NCBI GenBank assembly: GCA_016839745.1
Contig: JAEOTS010000009.1
Coordinates: forward strand, 18,131-82,130
Direction of reading: 5' to 3'
DNA: 64,000 nucleotides
From: Promethearchaeota archaeon
Lineage (GTDB): Archaea > Asgardarchaeota > Lokiarchaeia > Sigyniarchaeales > SOKP01
Of the stretch, positions 18,578 to 27,816 are shown one piece after another. A program made the translations under genes and the position numbers. Within the stretch, counting starts at the first letter, position 1; every line of letters starts with the position of its first letter. The notes beneath the pieces were generated by a model that made no database searches, was not told the origin of the DNA, and saw only the letters and a list, made by a program, of their open reading frames with translations.

Positions 18578-18865
18578 TTAGATTTCGAAATATTCTTCAA
18601 CATTTATTGAATCGTTTGTATTGAAATAGATATCTGGAATTAGTTCTTGAACTGTTGTCAGAAGAGACAACATTATTGCGGGATTATCTGAAGTAATTTT
18701 GTAGTAAATATGGAGCCCTATTCTCGTTTTTACTTGAATCTGTTCTTTAAAGAACTCTATTAACTGCTGGACATCTTCTTTAAACTCTTTATTTTTTTCA
18801 ATCCAGACGAAAATTTGTTTCTTTTTAGTTTTGATGTTTGATTTAATTTTTAATTTTAATATCAT
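18578..18865 (-). CDS. Hypothetical protein
   Basis: 95 aa ORF with ATG start filling the gap between neighbouring genes. Confidence 0.6.
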   Translation of the reverse strand: MILKLKIKSNIKTKKKQIFVWIEKNKEFKEDVQQLIEFFKEQIQVKTRIGLHIYYKITSDNPAIMLSLLTTVQELIPDIYFNTNDSINVEEYFEI

Positions 18866-18983
18866 TTTTATCGAGAAATTATATAATTAATTCTTGAAGT
18901 ATTAGTTAATATTCTTTTAAATCTAATTATAAAAACGAGGATATTTTTAGGGGAAAATTAGAGGGATTAAAATTTTAAAATGT

Positions 18984-19262
18984 TTAATCTCTAATCCTCT
19001 TTAATTCGATTTTAACAACATTATAACGATCCGGACACTCTAATTCGACTACATCAGAATCTTGCGACCAAGGAAATGTGCCGCCAAATTGTAAAGTTAT
19101 AATAGAGGGAAAGATATCATGATAAAAGAAGCCACACAATCCTCCGGAATCGTGTCCGCTCAATTCTATCACATCTCCTTCCTTATGATTTGCGTTACAT
19201 TGACCTTTAACATCTTTTATGGTGCCTAGTATTTTATAGGTTTTCCTATCGTTTTCGCTCAT
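18984..19262 (-). CDS. TIGR04076-like small Cys-motif protein
   Basis: KGQC...HKEGD, GLC..FYH.IFP, GG.FPW and CPD motifs. Confidence 0.8.
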   Translation of the reverse strand: MSENDRKTYKILGTIKDVKGQCNANHKEGDVIELSGHDSGGLCGFFYHDIFPSIITLQFGGTFPWSQDSDVVELECPDRYNVVKIELKRIRD

Positions 19263-19278
19263 TATTATACACGTTACT

Positions 19279-20367
19279 TCATTTTAGTTTTTTTCTTAAT
19301 TCTTTTAGAATGTTATCCACTTTTTTATCTTTAATCCAATACCTAATTTTAGAAGATTGTAATAGCGATTGGAATTTGGCATTAAGCTCGTTTAATTTTT
19401 GCTTATCATCGTCAGATAATTGAGGAACATCTACTACTTTCGACTTGCTAATTTTTTTAATATGTTCTTCTATAGAGGGAATCTCTACTTGCTCCTTACC
19501 TTCAATAAGAGCTTTTCTTAACACTTCTTTAATATTTTTAACCCAACCTTCTATCCAAGGATAAGGTCCTCTCTTCTTTGGGTCTCTGATCTGAATATTT
19601 TTCCTTTTAACAACAATTAAATCGTCAGGACAAGAATTTTCGCACGCTCCACAATAAAAACATTCATCTTCGTTACAGGCAATTTTACCATATTTCACGA
19701 CTTCCTCTGCGCTTTCAGGGATGTAAAACGATTCCACGGGGCAGATATTGACGCAAGCTTTGCAACCTTGTGGGTCGCACTTGTGTAACATATTTTTCTT
19801 AATAATTACTTCTCCTTCTATTGGAGTACTGATTGAAAAACAATCAGCTGGACATTCTTTTGAAATTTTATAGTAATCTTGGACATAATTGCTCTCTCTT
19901 ACCGATAAACATAGTTGACAAATTTCGTTTTCCTTATCTTCGGTACACTTATCCAAATCGATTTCATAGAATTTCTCGATTGTAGGAAATTCGTCCATAT
20001 TAATTTGTCCTTCGGGTTCAATATTTTCGTGGAACGCGTTGGTCGGGCATACAACGACACATAACATACAATAGCAGCATTTATCATGATCAATAAATAG
20101 TTTAGGATTTGAATCGTCCAATATATTTTGGGCAATTTCTGGGATTGGTCCTAGTTCTATGGCATCAACTGGGCAGACAAGTTTACATAAACTGCACCCA
20201 ATACATTTTTTGATGTCGTAGGTTAATTTTTTCTTAACTTCCTTATATTGCCAATTTAAAACCAACTGATCTAGAATTACATCTAATGTTTTTTCGATCT
20301 CTTCCTCTTTATTTGGGTCTGTTTTATCCTTTCCTGAAGTTTCAGTAATATTGATTCTCCCTAACAC
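19279..20367 (-). CDS. Polyferredoxin (FwdF-like 4Fe-4S protein)
   Basis: Multiple CxxCxxCxxxCP motifs (CIGCSLCKLVCP, CCYCMLCVVVCP, CFYCGACENSCP); IELGPIPEIA. The only gene in the window ending in TGA. Confidence 0.85.
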   Translation of the reverse strand: MLGRINITETSGKDKTDPNKEEEIEKTLDVILDQLVLNWQYKEVKKKLTYDIKKCIGCSLCKLVCPVDAIELGPIPEIAQNILDDSNPKLFIDHDKCCYCMLCVVVCPTNAFHENIEPEGQINMDEFPTIEKFYEIDLDKCTEDKENEICQLCLSVRESNYVQDYYKISKECPADCFSISTPIEGEVIIKKNMLHKCDPQGCKACVNICPVESFYIPESAEEVVKYGKIACNEDECFYCGACENSCPDDLIVVKRKNIQIRDPKKRGPYPWIEGWVKNIKEVLRKALIEGKEQVEIPSIEEHIKKISKSKVVDVPQLSDDDKQKLNELNAKFQSLLQSSKIRYWIKDKKVDNILKELRKKLK

Positions 20368-20445
20368 TTTGTTAAGACTTTTCTAAGTAATCTAAATTAC
20401 GGAGATTAATTAATTTTAACTCTTAAATAAATATAAAATAAAAGG

Positions 20446-20946
20446 TTAGGAATAATAGGATTGACTCTCTCTATCGAAGCCAACCACATATTCAATAGAT
20501 TTACCTTTTGGCCGCGGTCCGGGAGGACGATATAGAAGTTGCCAGTGAGGAATGAATGCACCAATTCCGTTTTTTGCGAGTATTATTGCAGGATGGTTCT
20601 TGTCTTTGAAAACCTCCTCACTAATATTAAGCGTAATAGTCTTACACTGCCACTCATTGATAGCACCAAGTGAATGGATATATTCATGAAGTAGAATATG
20701 ATAAGTGTATGCCCAAATGCGATCATCTGGTTGTGTTTCTAATAGTTTCTTCAATGGAGATGTATTCATTACTATTTCCGTTCCGGGATAAAAATGCATT
20801 CCTCCTATAAATCCACGGGGGGACATTCCCATTTCTAAAAGACCTAAACTCAAACCCGCACGATGGCGACCCAATATTCTTCTTACGTCTTCTTTGACAT
20901 GTTCAAATATTTCAGGCATTTTTTGTTTTAAATCGTCTAGGTTCAT
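20446..20946 (-). CDS. Conserved archaeal HEXXH zincin-like protein
   Basis: RAGLSLGL, FIGGMH and HILLHEYIHSLG..E motifs. Confidence 0.75.
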   Translation of the reverse strand: MNLDDLKQKMPEIFEHVKEDVRRILGRHRAGLSLGLLEMGMSPRGFIGGMHFYPGTEIVMNTSPLKKLLETQPDDRIWAYTYHILLHEYIHSLGAINEWQCKTITLNISEEVFKDKNHPAIILAKNGIGAFIPHWQLLYRPPGPRPKGKSIEYVVGFDRESQSYYS

Positions 20947-21015
20947 ATAACTCCTCCTGCAATTACTAATTTTTATTTAAAATATAATAAATGAGAGTCT
21001 TAATGATTAAGATTG

Positions 21016-21810
21016 TTAAAAATCAAAAAACCAATCATCATCATCCTCCCAAAGAAAATCCATAAAGGATGACATATCTTTCATCAGGGATTTTACATTT
21101 GCTATTTTGGAATCTCTTGTAAAATTATCTAAATCAGAAAAAAATAATTTATCGACAAGATTATCGATACTGATTCTTTTCCGAAATTGTAATGGATTGT
21201 AGAATAAAGTATATAAAATTTCTCGTTCTAGATTTTCAACTTCAGATTTTGGTTTTAAAAAATTTTGTTGGTAAGTTTTGTTAATTATGTTCTTAAGTTC
21301 GACGATGAAGCACTCTTTGTTTTGCAATAGTTTACTTCTCTCTACTTCTAGGTTTCTAATATCATGCTCAATATCTCTAATCTGCTGCCCTAAAAATCTA
21401 ATTTTATCATCAGGGGCTTTAATGCTCTCAAATTTTGTAGAACATCCAATATCTTTAAGATCAATAGATTTAATATCGTCGTCTATTTGAGCCATGTTGT
21501 ATTGGATGCTATAATAATCTGGTGTTATATCAATTCTTATAGAAAGATTGCTTTTTATTCTGTATTTGCCACCTCGCTTTTCATCTCCTATTCTCTCAAC
21601 AACATTGTTAGAGGTTAGAATGTCTAACTGGCTGTGCACTGCTTGTCTTGATATCCCTAAAATTTTAGATAATTCTGAAGTAGAGTGGGGAACTTTAGCT
21701 AATTTAGACAATATAATACGTCGAGTCGGATTCCCTAACATCTCTAATAAATCATCTAAGCTAATAAATTGTTTTGTCTCATCTTCTCTTTCTATTTCCA
21801 TTTGCATCAC
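21016..21810 (-). CDS. ArsR-type wHTH regulator with coiled coil (HSR1/Phr-like heat-shock regulator)
   Basis: LGNPTRRIIL..L...P....ELS..LGISRQAVHSQL; heptad region; directly downstream of cdc48 and hsp20. Confidence 0.8.
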   Translation of the reverse strand: MMQMEIEREDETKQFISLDDLLEMLGNPTRRIILSKLAKVPHSTSELSKILGISRQAVHSQLDILTSNNVVERIGDEKRGGKYRIKSNLSIRIDITPDYYSIQYNMAQIDDDIKSIDLKDIGCSTKFESIKAPDDKIRFLGQQIRDIEHDIRNLEVERSKLLQNKECFIVELKNIINKTYQQNFLKPKSEVENLEREILYTLFYNPLQFRKRISIDNLVDKLFFSDLDNFTRDSKIANVKSLMKDMSSFMDFLWEDDDDWFFDF

Positions 21811-21840
21811 TTTATTTTATCAAATTGAAATAATTTTTAA

Positions 21841-24156
21841 CTATCTATACATATCATCTGACCCTTCTGAATATTGATCGTGAACTCTCTTAGCTCTGTC
21901 TGCTCCTTTAATGATTTTGTCAATTGCTTCGTCGAATTCTGCTTGATTTATCTCGATTTTACTGACGATTTTGGATTGAGCGCTCTTAATTTTATCCTCT
22001 AACGCTTTGATATCGTTACTAGACGCTTTTTCTAGTTGTAATTGTTCTAATTGTTCTTCATAATCATGTAATTCTAATTTTTTTTCGTTAAAAACAGGAA
22101 TATTTTTACGGATTGTTAATAGCGTTGCTTCTTCGCATATAGCTTGAATGTCAGCACCCGTATAATCTTCTAAAGCTTCAGCTAATTTATCATAATTTAC
22201 ATTTTCGGCTAAGGGTTTATTCTTGAGATGAATTTTGAAAATTTCCTTTCGTGTTTCCAAATCAGGCATAGAAATTTCGACATGCCTCCCAAACCGTCCT
22301 GATCTTAGTAAAGCTGGATCGAGCATATCAGGTCTATTTGTTGCAGCTAGTAAAATTACGTCTTTCAAATCTTCTAAACCGTCCATTTCGGTTAGAAGTT
22401 GGGAAATCACTTGATCTGTTACCTCTGAACTCGCAGATCTACCCCTCATCCCTGCAATTGCATCGATCTCATCGAAAAATATAATACAAGGGGCGGCGGA
22501 TCTCGCTTTCCTAAAAGTTTCTCTAACTGCTTTTTCACTTTCACCAACCCATTTTGAGAGAAATTCGGGACCCTTTACTGAAATAAAATTTACTTCGCTT
22601 TCGTGAGCTAGTGCTTTTGCTAACAAGGTTTTTCCTGTTCCGGGAGGTCCATATAACAATATCCCACTTGGAGGTTTTGAAGATAAATGACTGTATAATT
22701 CGGGGTACTTTAAAGGCCACTCAATAATTTCTCTTAGTTGTAATTTAGCGTCTTCTAGGCCTCCCACATCATCCCAAGTTTCCTTAGGCTGAGAAATAAC
22801 TACTTCTCTTAATGCAGAAGGTTCGATATTGTTAAGAGCTGAAGTAAAATTATCCATTCTAATCCTGATCGCATTTAACACCTCGAAAGGAATTGGTTTG
22901 TCTAAGTCTATTTTAGGAAGCATTTCTCTAATGGCTAACATGGCCGATTCCTTTGCTAAGGCTTCAACATCGGCACCAACAAAACCGTGAGTCCTTTCTG
23001 CGATTGTTCTCAAATTTACATCCTCGAATAAAGGCATACCTCGAGTGTGAATTTGCAGTATTTCATATCTTCCATCCGTGTCGGGTACTCCAATTTCGAT
23101 TTCTTTATCAAATCTACCCGGTCTTCGGAGGGCAATATCGATGTCGTTAACTCTATTTGTTGCTCCGATTACGATGATTTCACCTCTCCCTTCCAAACCA
23201 TCGAGTAGAGAAAGCAGTTGAGCTACAACCCTTCTTTCAACCTCTCCAGTGACTTCCCCTCTTTTTGGGGCAATTGAATCTAATTCATCGATAAATATTA
23301 TTGAAGGTGCGTTGTTTTTAGCATCATCAAAAATATTTCTTAAATTTTGTTCGCTTTGTCCGTAAAATTTACTCATAATTTCCGGACCGCTGATCGTTAT
23401 GAAATGAGCATCGGTTTCAAAAGCTACAGCTCTTGCTAATAATGTTTTCCCTGTTCCAGGAGGTCCGTGTAATAAAACACCCTTAGGTGGATCAATTCCA
23501 ATTCTTTGAAAAAGCTCCGGATGTTTCATTGGTAATTCGATCATTTCACGAATTCTCTGAATTTCATCTGCTAATCCCCCAATATCTTCGTAACTTACTC
23601 TTGATTTTTCTCTTTCTACTAGTTCTTTATGTGTTTTTTCGCTTAATTTAATGTCTGTTCCAAGATGGATTCTCACTGCATCTATTCTTGGCTGGAAATC
23701 AACGACGATCATATCGTATCTCTTATTGTAAGAATAAAAACTCAAGATGTCGTCTTTGGTAACAACTCTATTTTCTAATAATGTATTTAACTGTCTAGGA
23801 CTGATTACAATTGATTCTGATAAACTCGCAAAGACAACCTTTTCTGCTAAAGCAGTTTTAATTTTACGAATTATAACATTATCGTCAATAGTCGCATCTA
23901 TATTTCTTCTTAAAAAATTATCAAGTCTGATGAAACCAGTACCGTTATCTTCTTGCTTTCCTGGAAATAACAATGCTGCCGTTTTAGATTTTGAAATAGG
24001 ATGAAATATTTCTATAGCATCACCAGTTTTAAATTTTAGCTTTTTAACTACCTCAGGATCTATTCTTACTCTACCCAATCCAGAATCTTCTTTAAAAGCG
24101 TCTTTTACTCTTAACCTACTGTCTTTTCCTTCAATACCACTTGAAATTCCGCTCAT
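21841..24156 (-). CDS. cdc48: Cdc48/VCP/p97 AAA+ ATPase
   Basis: N domain and two AAA modules (GPPGTGKT twice, [27 protein letters not shown]); C-terminal MYR (HbYX). Confidence 0.96.
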   Translation of the reverse strand: MSGISSGIEGKDSRLRVKDAFKEDSGLGRVRIDPEVVKKLKFKTGDAIEIFHPISKSKTAALLFPGKQEDNGTGFIRLDNFLRRNIDATIDDNVIIRKIKTALAEKVVFASLSESIVISPRQLNTLLENRVVTKDDILSFYSYNKRYDMIVVDFQPRIDAVRIHLGTDIKLSEKTHKELVEREKSRVSYEDIGGLADEIQRIREMIELPMKHPELFQRIGIDPPKGVLLHGPPGTGKTLLARAVAFETDAHFITISGPEIMSKFYGQSEQNLRNIFDDAKNNAPSIIFIDELDSIAPKRGEVTGEVERRVVAQLLSLLDGLEGRGEIIVIGATNRVNDIDIALRRPGRFDKEIEIGVPDTDGRYEILQIHTRGMPLFEDVNLRTIAERTHGFVGADVEALAKESAMLAIREMLPKIDLDKPIPFEVLNAIRIRMDNFTSALNNIEPSALREVVISQPKETWDDVGGLEDAKLQLREIIEWPLKYPELYSHLSSKPPSGILLYGPPGTGKTLLAKALAHESEVNFISVKGPEFLSKWVGESEKAVRETFRKARSAAPCIIFFDEIDAIAGMRGRSASSEVTDQVISQLLTEMDGLEDLKDVILLAATNRPDMLDPALLRSGRFGRHVEISMPDLETRKEIFKIHLKNKPLAENVNYDKLAEALEDYTGADIQAICEEATLLTIRKNIPVFNEKKLELHDYEEQLEQLQLEKASSNDIKALEDKIKSAQSKIVSKIEINQAEFDEAIDKIIKGADRAKRVHDQYSEGSDDMYR

Positions 24157-24170
24157 AATTGATACATCCT

Positions 24171-24803
24171 CTAAGAATTCTTCTTTCTCATTAATATAGA
24201 TACAATTCCATTATTCACTTCCATTACATGATCGTCCATCGTAGACTCAAACGGTAATCGTATCTTTTTTTCAAAATCAACAAAGTTGATTTCTATTGAT
24301 ACCTTAAGATTTCTTCCATCCTCGCTTAAACTTAAAAGTATGTGCCCTTTTTCAACTCCAGGCGCTTCTATAATAATATCAGCAAAATCCTCATGAAGAT
24401 TAATTTCATAATAAGGTTCGTTTACCACCGATTTTTCGCGCTTTATATTTGGTTGTAGGGATAAAGTTCCTACATCAATAGCTTGTTTTTTTCCTGATTG
24501 TCCTAATTGTCTAAACTGCGGAAAATTAGAAATATTTAGTCTTTTAAAATAATCTTGAAGTTTTTGCTCATCAAAATTACCCTCAATTCTGATCTCTGGC
24601 TTGTCCATTCCAGATTCAAAATGGTAAGTAACCTTAAATCCTTTTATATTTTCATCTTTTAGATTCTTATTTGGATCAAAATTTGGTTCAGGCAGAAATA
24701 AAAAATCCACATCAAAAACATCTGAGTCTATATTAAGAAATTTCTTAATACGCTCTAAAAACTCATTATAATCATCATCAAATTCATCTGACAAAAATAT
24801 CAC
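24171..24803 (-). CDS. Hsp20/alpha-crystallin small heat-shock protein
   Basis: GFKVTY.....KPEIR..GN, EPYYEI...IEAPGVEK..I and NNGIV motifs. The true start is probably the TTG near 24794 after AGGTGA. Confidence 0.85.
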   Translation of the reverse strand: MIFLSDEFDDDYNEFLERIKKFLNIDSDVFDVDFLFLPEPNFDPNKNLKDENIKGFKVTYHFESGMDKPEIRIEGNFDEQKLQDYFKRLNISNFPQFRQLGQSGKKQAIDVGTLSLQPNIKREKSVVNEPYYEINLHEDFADIIIEAPGVEKGHILLSLSEDGRNLKVSIEINFVDFEKKIRLPFESTMDDHVMEVNNGIVSILMRKKNS

Positions 24804-24816
24804 CTATTTGAAAAAT

Positions 24817-24835
24817 TGTCAACTTCTAATTGACA
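24817..24835. promoter_or_regulatory. Inverted-repeat operator candidate upstream of hsp20-cdc48-regulator
   Basis: Perfect TGTCAA-N7-TTGACA 14-32 bp upstream of the hsp20 ORF. Confidence 0.55.
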
Positions 24836-24915
24836 TAAGGTACTTTACCTTAAAAAATGTATCGATTTTTAAAAATAAGCGGTTAACATTAAAACAATTT
24901 TAGGAGCAATTTCCA

Positions 24916-25509
24916 TTATTCGACCAGCGATATCATTTCTGATTTGTATATTTTCTTCAGTATAAGCTCTAATAATTCTTCAAAGGATTCTACGATCCCT
25001 TCACCGTATATCGCAGCAGTATTTTTAGTTTTTAAGTTGTGGTACTTAAAGCTATTAATGTTTTCTAGAAATTCAGAGGTATTAAATTTATCGTCCAAAT
25101 CTTGCTTGTTGAATGCAAGAATTTTAGGGATTTTTTCAAAATCTTCTTCGAAATAATTGCATAACTCATTCCACGAGGTTAAGTTCCTATAATAGGCAGA
25201 ATTTTGTGAATCAGCAACGAAAATAATTCCATCTATTGCTCGTAAAGTTATAGGTCTAGTTATAATGTAAAAGTCTTGCCCAGTTGTGGAATAAAGGTGG
25301 AGTTTAAGGAGCCATTGTTTATTTTCAAAAACAATCGTACCATAATCGAAAAATAGAGTTCTTCGTACGCTACTGTCTATGCTTAACACCCTATCTTCCT
25401 TTCCAAAATGTTTAAATAAGGATTTCAAGGTAGTGGTTTTTCCCGAAAGTGCAGGACCAAAATAACAGATTTTTAATTGAATTGTTTGACTTAAATGGTC
25501 TATTATCAT
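24916..25509 (-). CDS. MglA-like small GTPase
   Basis: KICYFGPALSGKTT, RTLFFD, TTGQDFY, DGIIFVADS and NKQD motifs. Confidence 0.88.
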   Translation of the reverse strand: MIIDHLSQTIQLKICYFGPALSGKTTTLKSLFKHFGKEDRVLSIDSSVRRTLFFDYGTIVFENKQWLLKLHLYSTTGQDFYIITRPITLRAIDGIIFVADSQNSAYYRNLTSWNELCNYFEEDFEKIPKILAFNKQDLDDKFNTSEFLENINSFKYHNLKTKNTAAIYGEGIVESFEELLELILKKIYKSEMISLVE

Positions 25510-25618
25510 CTTATATCTTTTTGCATTAATTTTTGACTTATATTCTGATTAGAAGTATATTAATTTCTATTTTTTTTCCAAAAAATGTAGAAGAGGAAGA
25601 AGAGATATATGCGAGGAT

Positions 25619-26674
25619 TTAATCATAACTAAGTTTTACTTCCTTAATGACATTGTAAGTTCTTCGCAATAATTCATATGCAATTTGGGGAGGATTCCAT
25701 CCTTTAAGTCCACAATCAGGTCCTACGAATTTAAGTCGATCGTCATAATGTTCAAGAGCAAAAAGTAAATTTTTCTTGATGAATTCTTTTGAATCTATTA
25801 AGTTCATAGTTCCTTCAAATGTATTGAGTTCATCAAGTGGGGTTCCAGTATCCAATTTTTCAGCCATTATACTATTAATATTCGTTCTCGTGATACCGAC
25901 CCGTATAAACTTATCAAACTTCTCTAAGTCATTTTTTGGAATGATATTAGAATGATCAGAGGCATATTCACAAGTAAGCACATCTATGTTTTCTGCTTGA
26001 ATAGGAATTGAGTATTTTTTTAAAGTGTGAAGGTGGATTTGGATAAATCCATCTATTCCTTCTACAGTTTTATCAAATGCTTTAATCAAGGCATCATCTT
26101 CAATATTAAACATGTCAACATACCCAAATGAAGGTTCATCTATCGAGATGATGGAACTTCGCAGATATTTGGTATTCTTTATTGATCGTCTCAATATACT
26201 ATTGAGAGACTTAGCAAAATTTAACGCTATGTCAGGATATATCGTAAATCCATGCTTTTTTATGTATAATTCTATGGGTCCGGTAATACATACTTTGATT
26301 TTAAGCGCATTTCCAGTTCTTTCATAGTAATCCTTAGCAAAATTTTCTAAAATAAAGAGTTCTGGAATAATAGCTTTTTTAGGATCAATCAAAGATGGCT
26401 CTACTTCATAATCTTCAATAGGCTTTAAAAATTGAGTATACATGTCCATATGTTGGGGATAATTTATTATTTCTACACCCGAGTTTAATTTTAGCTGGAA
26501 CGACTGGAGAAATGGATGGATAAAAAAATTATAAATTCCCCTATTCTCATATATATCTGCATTATTTACTATTCCCTTGTATGCTGCCCAATAAAACTGC
26601 TCGAACTTATCAAAGTCGATATAATCTGGTAAGGGAAAACTTCCTACATCGTCAAATTGGGGAAAGTCTTTCAT
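25619..26674 (-). CDS. MetE-core-like (folate-independent, Mes-type) methionine synthase homologue
   Basis: DDVGSFP, NYPQ, KVCITGP, SIDEPS, QIHLH and GPDCGL motifs; single barrel of about 350 aa. Confidence 0.75.
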   Translation of the reverse strand: MKDFPQFDDVGSFPLPDYIDFDKFEQFYWAAYKGIVNNADIYENRGIYNFFIHPFLQSFQLKLNSGVEIINYPQHMDMYTQFLKPIEDYEVEPSLIDPKKAIIPELFILENFAKDYYERTGNALKIKVCITGPIELYIKKHGFTIYPDIALNFAKSLNSILRRSIKNTKYLRSSIISIDEPSFGYVDMFNIEDDALIKAFDKTVEGIDGFIQIHLHTLKKYSIPIQAENIDVLTCEYASDHSNIIPKNDLEKFDKFIRVGITRTNINSIMAEKLDTGTPLDELNTFEGTMNLIDSKEFIKKNLLFALEHYDDRLKFVGPDCGLKGWNPPQIAYELLRRTYNVIKEVKLSYD

Positions 26675-26741
26675 GAAAATTTAATCGATCTAAAACTGTA
26701 ATTTCGTTAATCATAAATAATCCTTTACAACAGATATATGT

Positions 26742-27800
26742 ATGGAAGAAGAGTTAATTAATAAACAAATAAAAAGGAAGAAAAAAAAGCAAATCGCAGA
26801 ATTAGCGCTAGCTGCTAAAAGCGCTAAGGAAAATAATGGAAAACCATTTATATTTCACTTTCTAACGACTTTAAAATGTAATTGCGATTGTGAAACTTGC
26901 CTTTGGAAAAATAATACTTTAAAGGACGAACTTTCTCTCGAGGAAATCAAGCGTATTTATTCGGAAGCAAAGGAAGCCGGTTTTGTGGTAACCATTTTAT
27001 GGGGTGGAGAACCTCTAATTAGAAAAGATATTACAGAAATTATTAAATTCGTTAAAAGAGAGTTAAAATTTGCAATTGTAGGAATTGTAACAAATGGTTG
27101 GTTCCTTCCAGAGAAAATCAAAGAATTTGGAGATGATTTAGATTTTATTCTGATATCTCTAGACTCCCCTAAGGCTGAAGAACACGATAAGATTAGAGGA
27201 TTGCCGGGATTATACAATAAAATCATGAATGCAGTTTCTACAATTCAAACTAATTATCCATTGATCTCACTTCAGTTTAGTTTTTCTATTAGTAAATATA
27301 ATGTAAACCGCGTTGAGGAAATGATACAATTATCAGATAAAAAGGGAATCCCGGTGGCTTTTAATGTAATTAATACTGTTCGCCATTATTCATATAGTGA
27401 TGTAGATGAGAAAGGCACGCTTTCTGCGAGTGAGAACGAAATTAGTAAAGCATTTGAGGTAATTTTTAACGCTAAAAAGAGCGGTTCAAAAATATTAAAT
27501 TCAGAAATGTATTTAAACCACTTTATTGGCGGGAAAAAACAATATATCTGCCACACAAGAAAGGTTTTCATGTTTGTAAACTATAATGGAGACATCGAAA
27601 ATTGTCTCCAACTTGATAAACCTATCTCTAATTTACGCCAGACATCTGTTATAGAAGTGTTACAACTCCCTGAATTCGTTAAATTCACTGAAGAAAGCGA
27701 AAAGTGTTATAGTTGTAATTCTCCTACCATGATCGACACAAGTTATCTATGGGATGATATAAGTTTGTTAACAAAATCAGGAGGTATTTCCTTTGGTTAA
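26742..27800 (+). CDS. Radical SAM protein with C-terminal Cys (twitch/SPASM-like) domain
   Basis: CNCDCETC (CxxxCxxC), WGGEP, TNG, ISLDS, HD.IRG; C-terminal C..GDIENC..C.SC. Confidence 0.88.
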   Translation: MEEELINKQIKRKKKKQIAELALAAKSAKENNGKPFIFHFLTTLKCNCDCETCLWKNNTLKDELSLEEIKRIYSEAKEAGFVVTILWGGEPLIRKDITEIIKFVKRELKFAIVGIVTNGWFLPEKIKEFGDDLDFILISLDSPKAEEHDKIRGLPGLYNKIMNAVSTIQTNYPLISLQFSFSISKYNVNRVEEMIQLSDKKGIPVAFNVINTVRHYSYSDVDEKGTLSASENEISKAFEVIFNAKKSGSKILNSEMYLNHFIGGKKQYICHTRKVFMFVNYNGDIENCLQLDKPISNLRQTSVIEVLQLPEFVKFTEESEKCYSCNSPTMIDTSYLWDDISLLTKSGGISFG

Positions 27801-27816
27801 ATATTTATTAACTCGT

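Noticed and set aside
19240-19281. Read-through of the single TGA stop (polyferredoxin)
   Set aside because: Read-through adds only about 10 residues before a TAG, is out of frame with the next gene, and is not in a Cys-motif context.
18422-19300. Integrative element at tRNA-Pro
   Set aside because: No integrase and no duplicated tRNA 3' end (att site) seen in the window.
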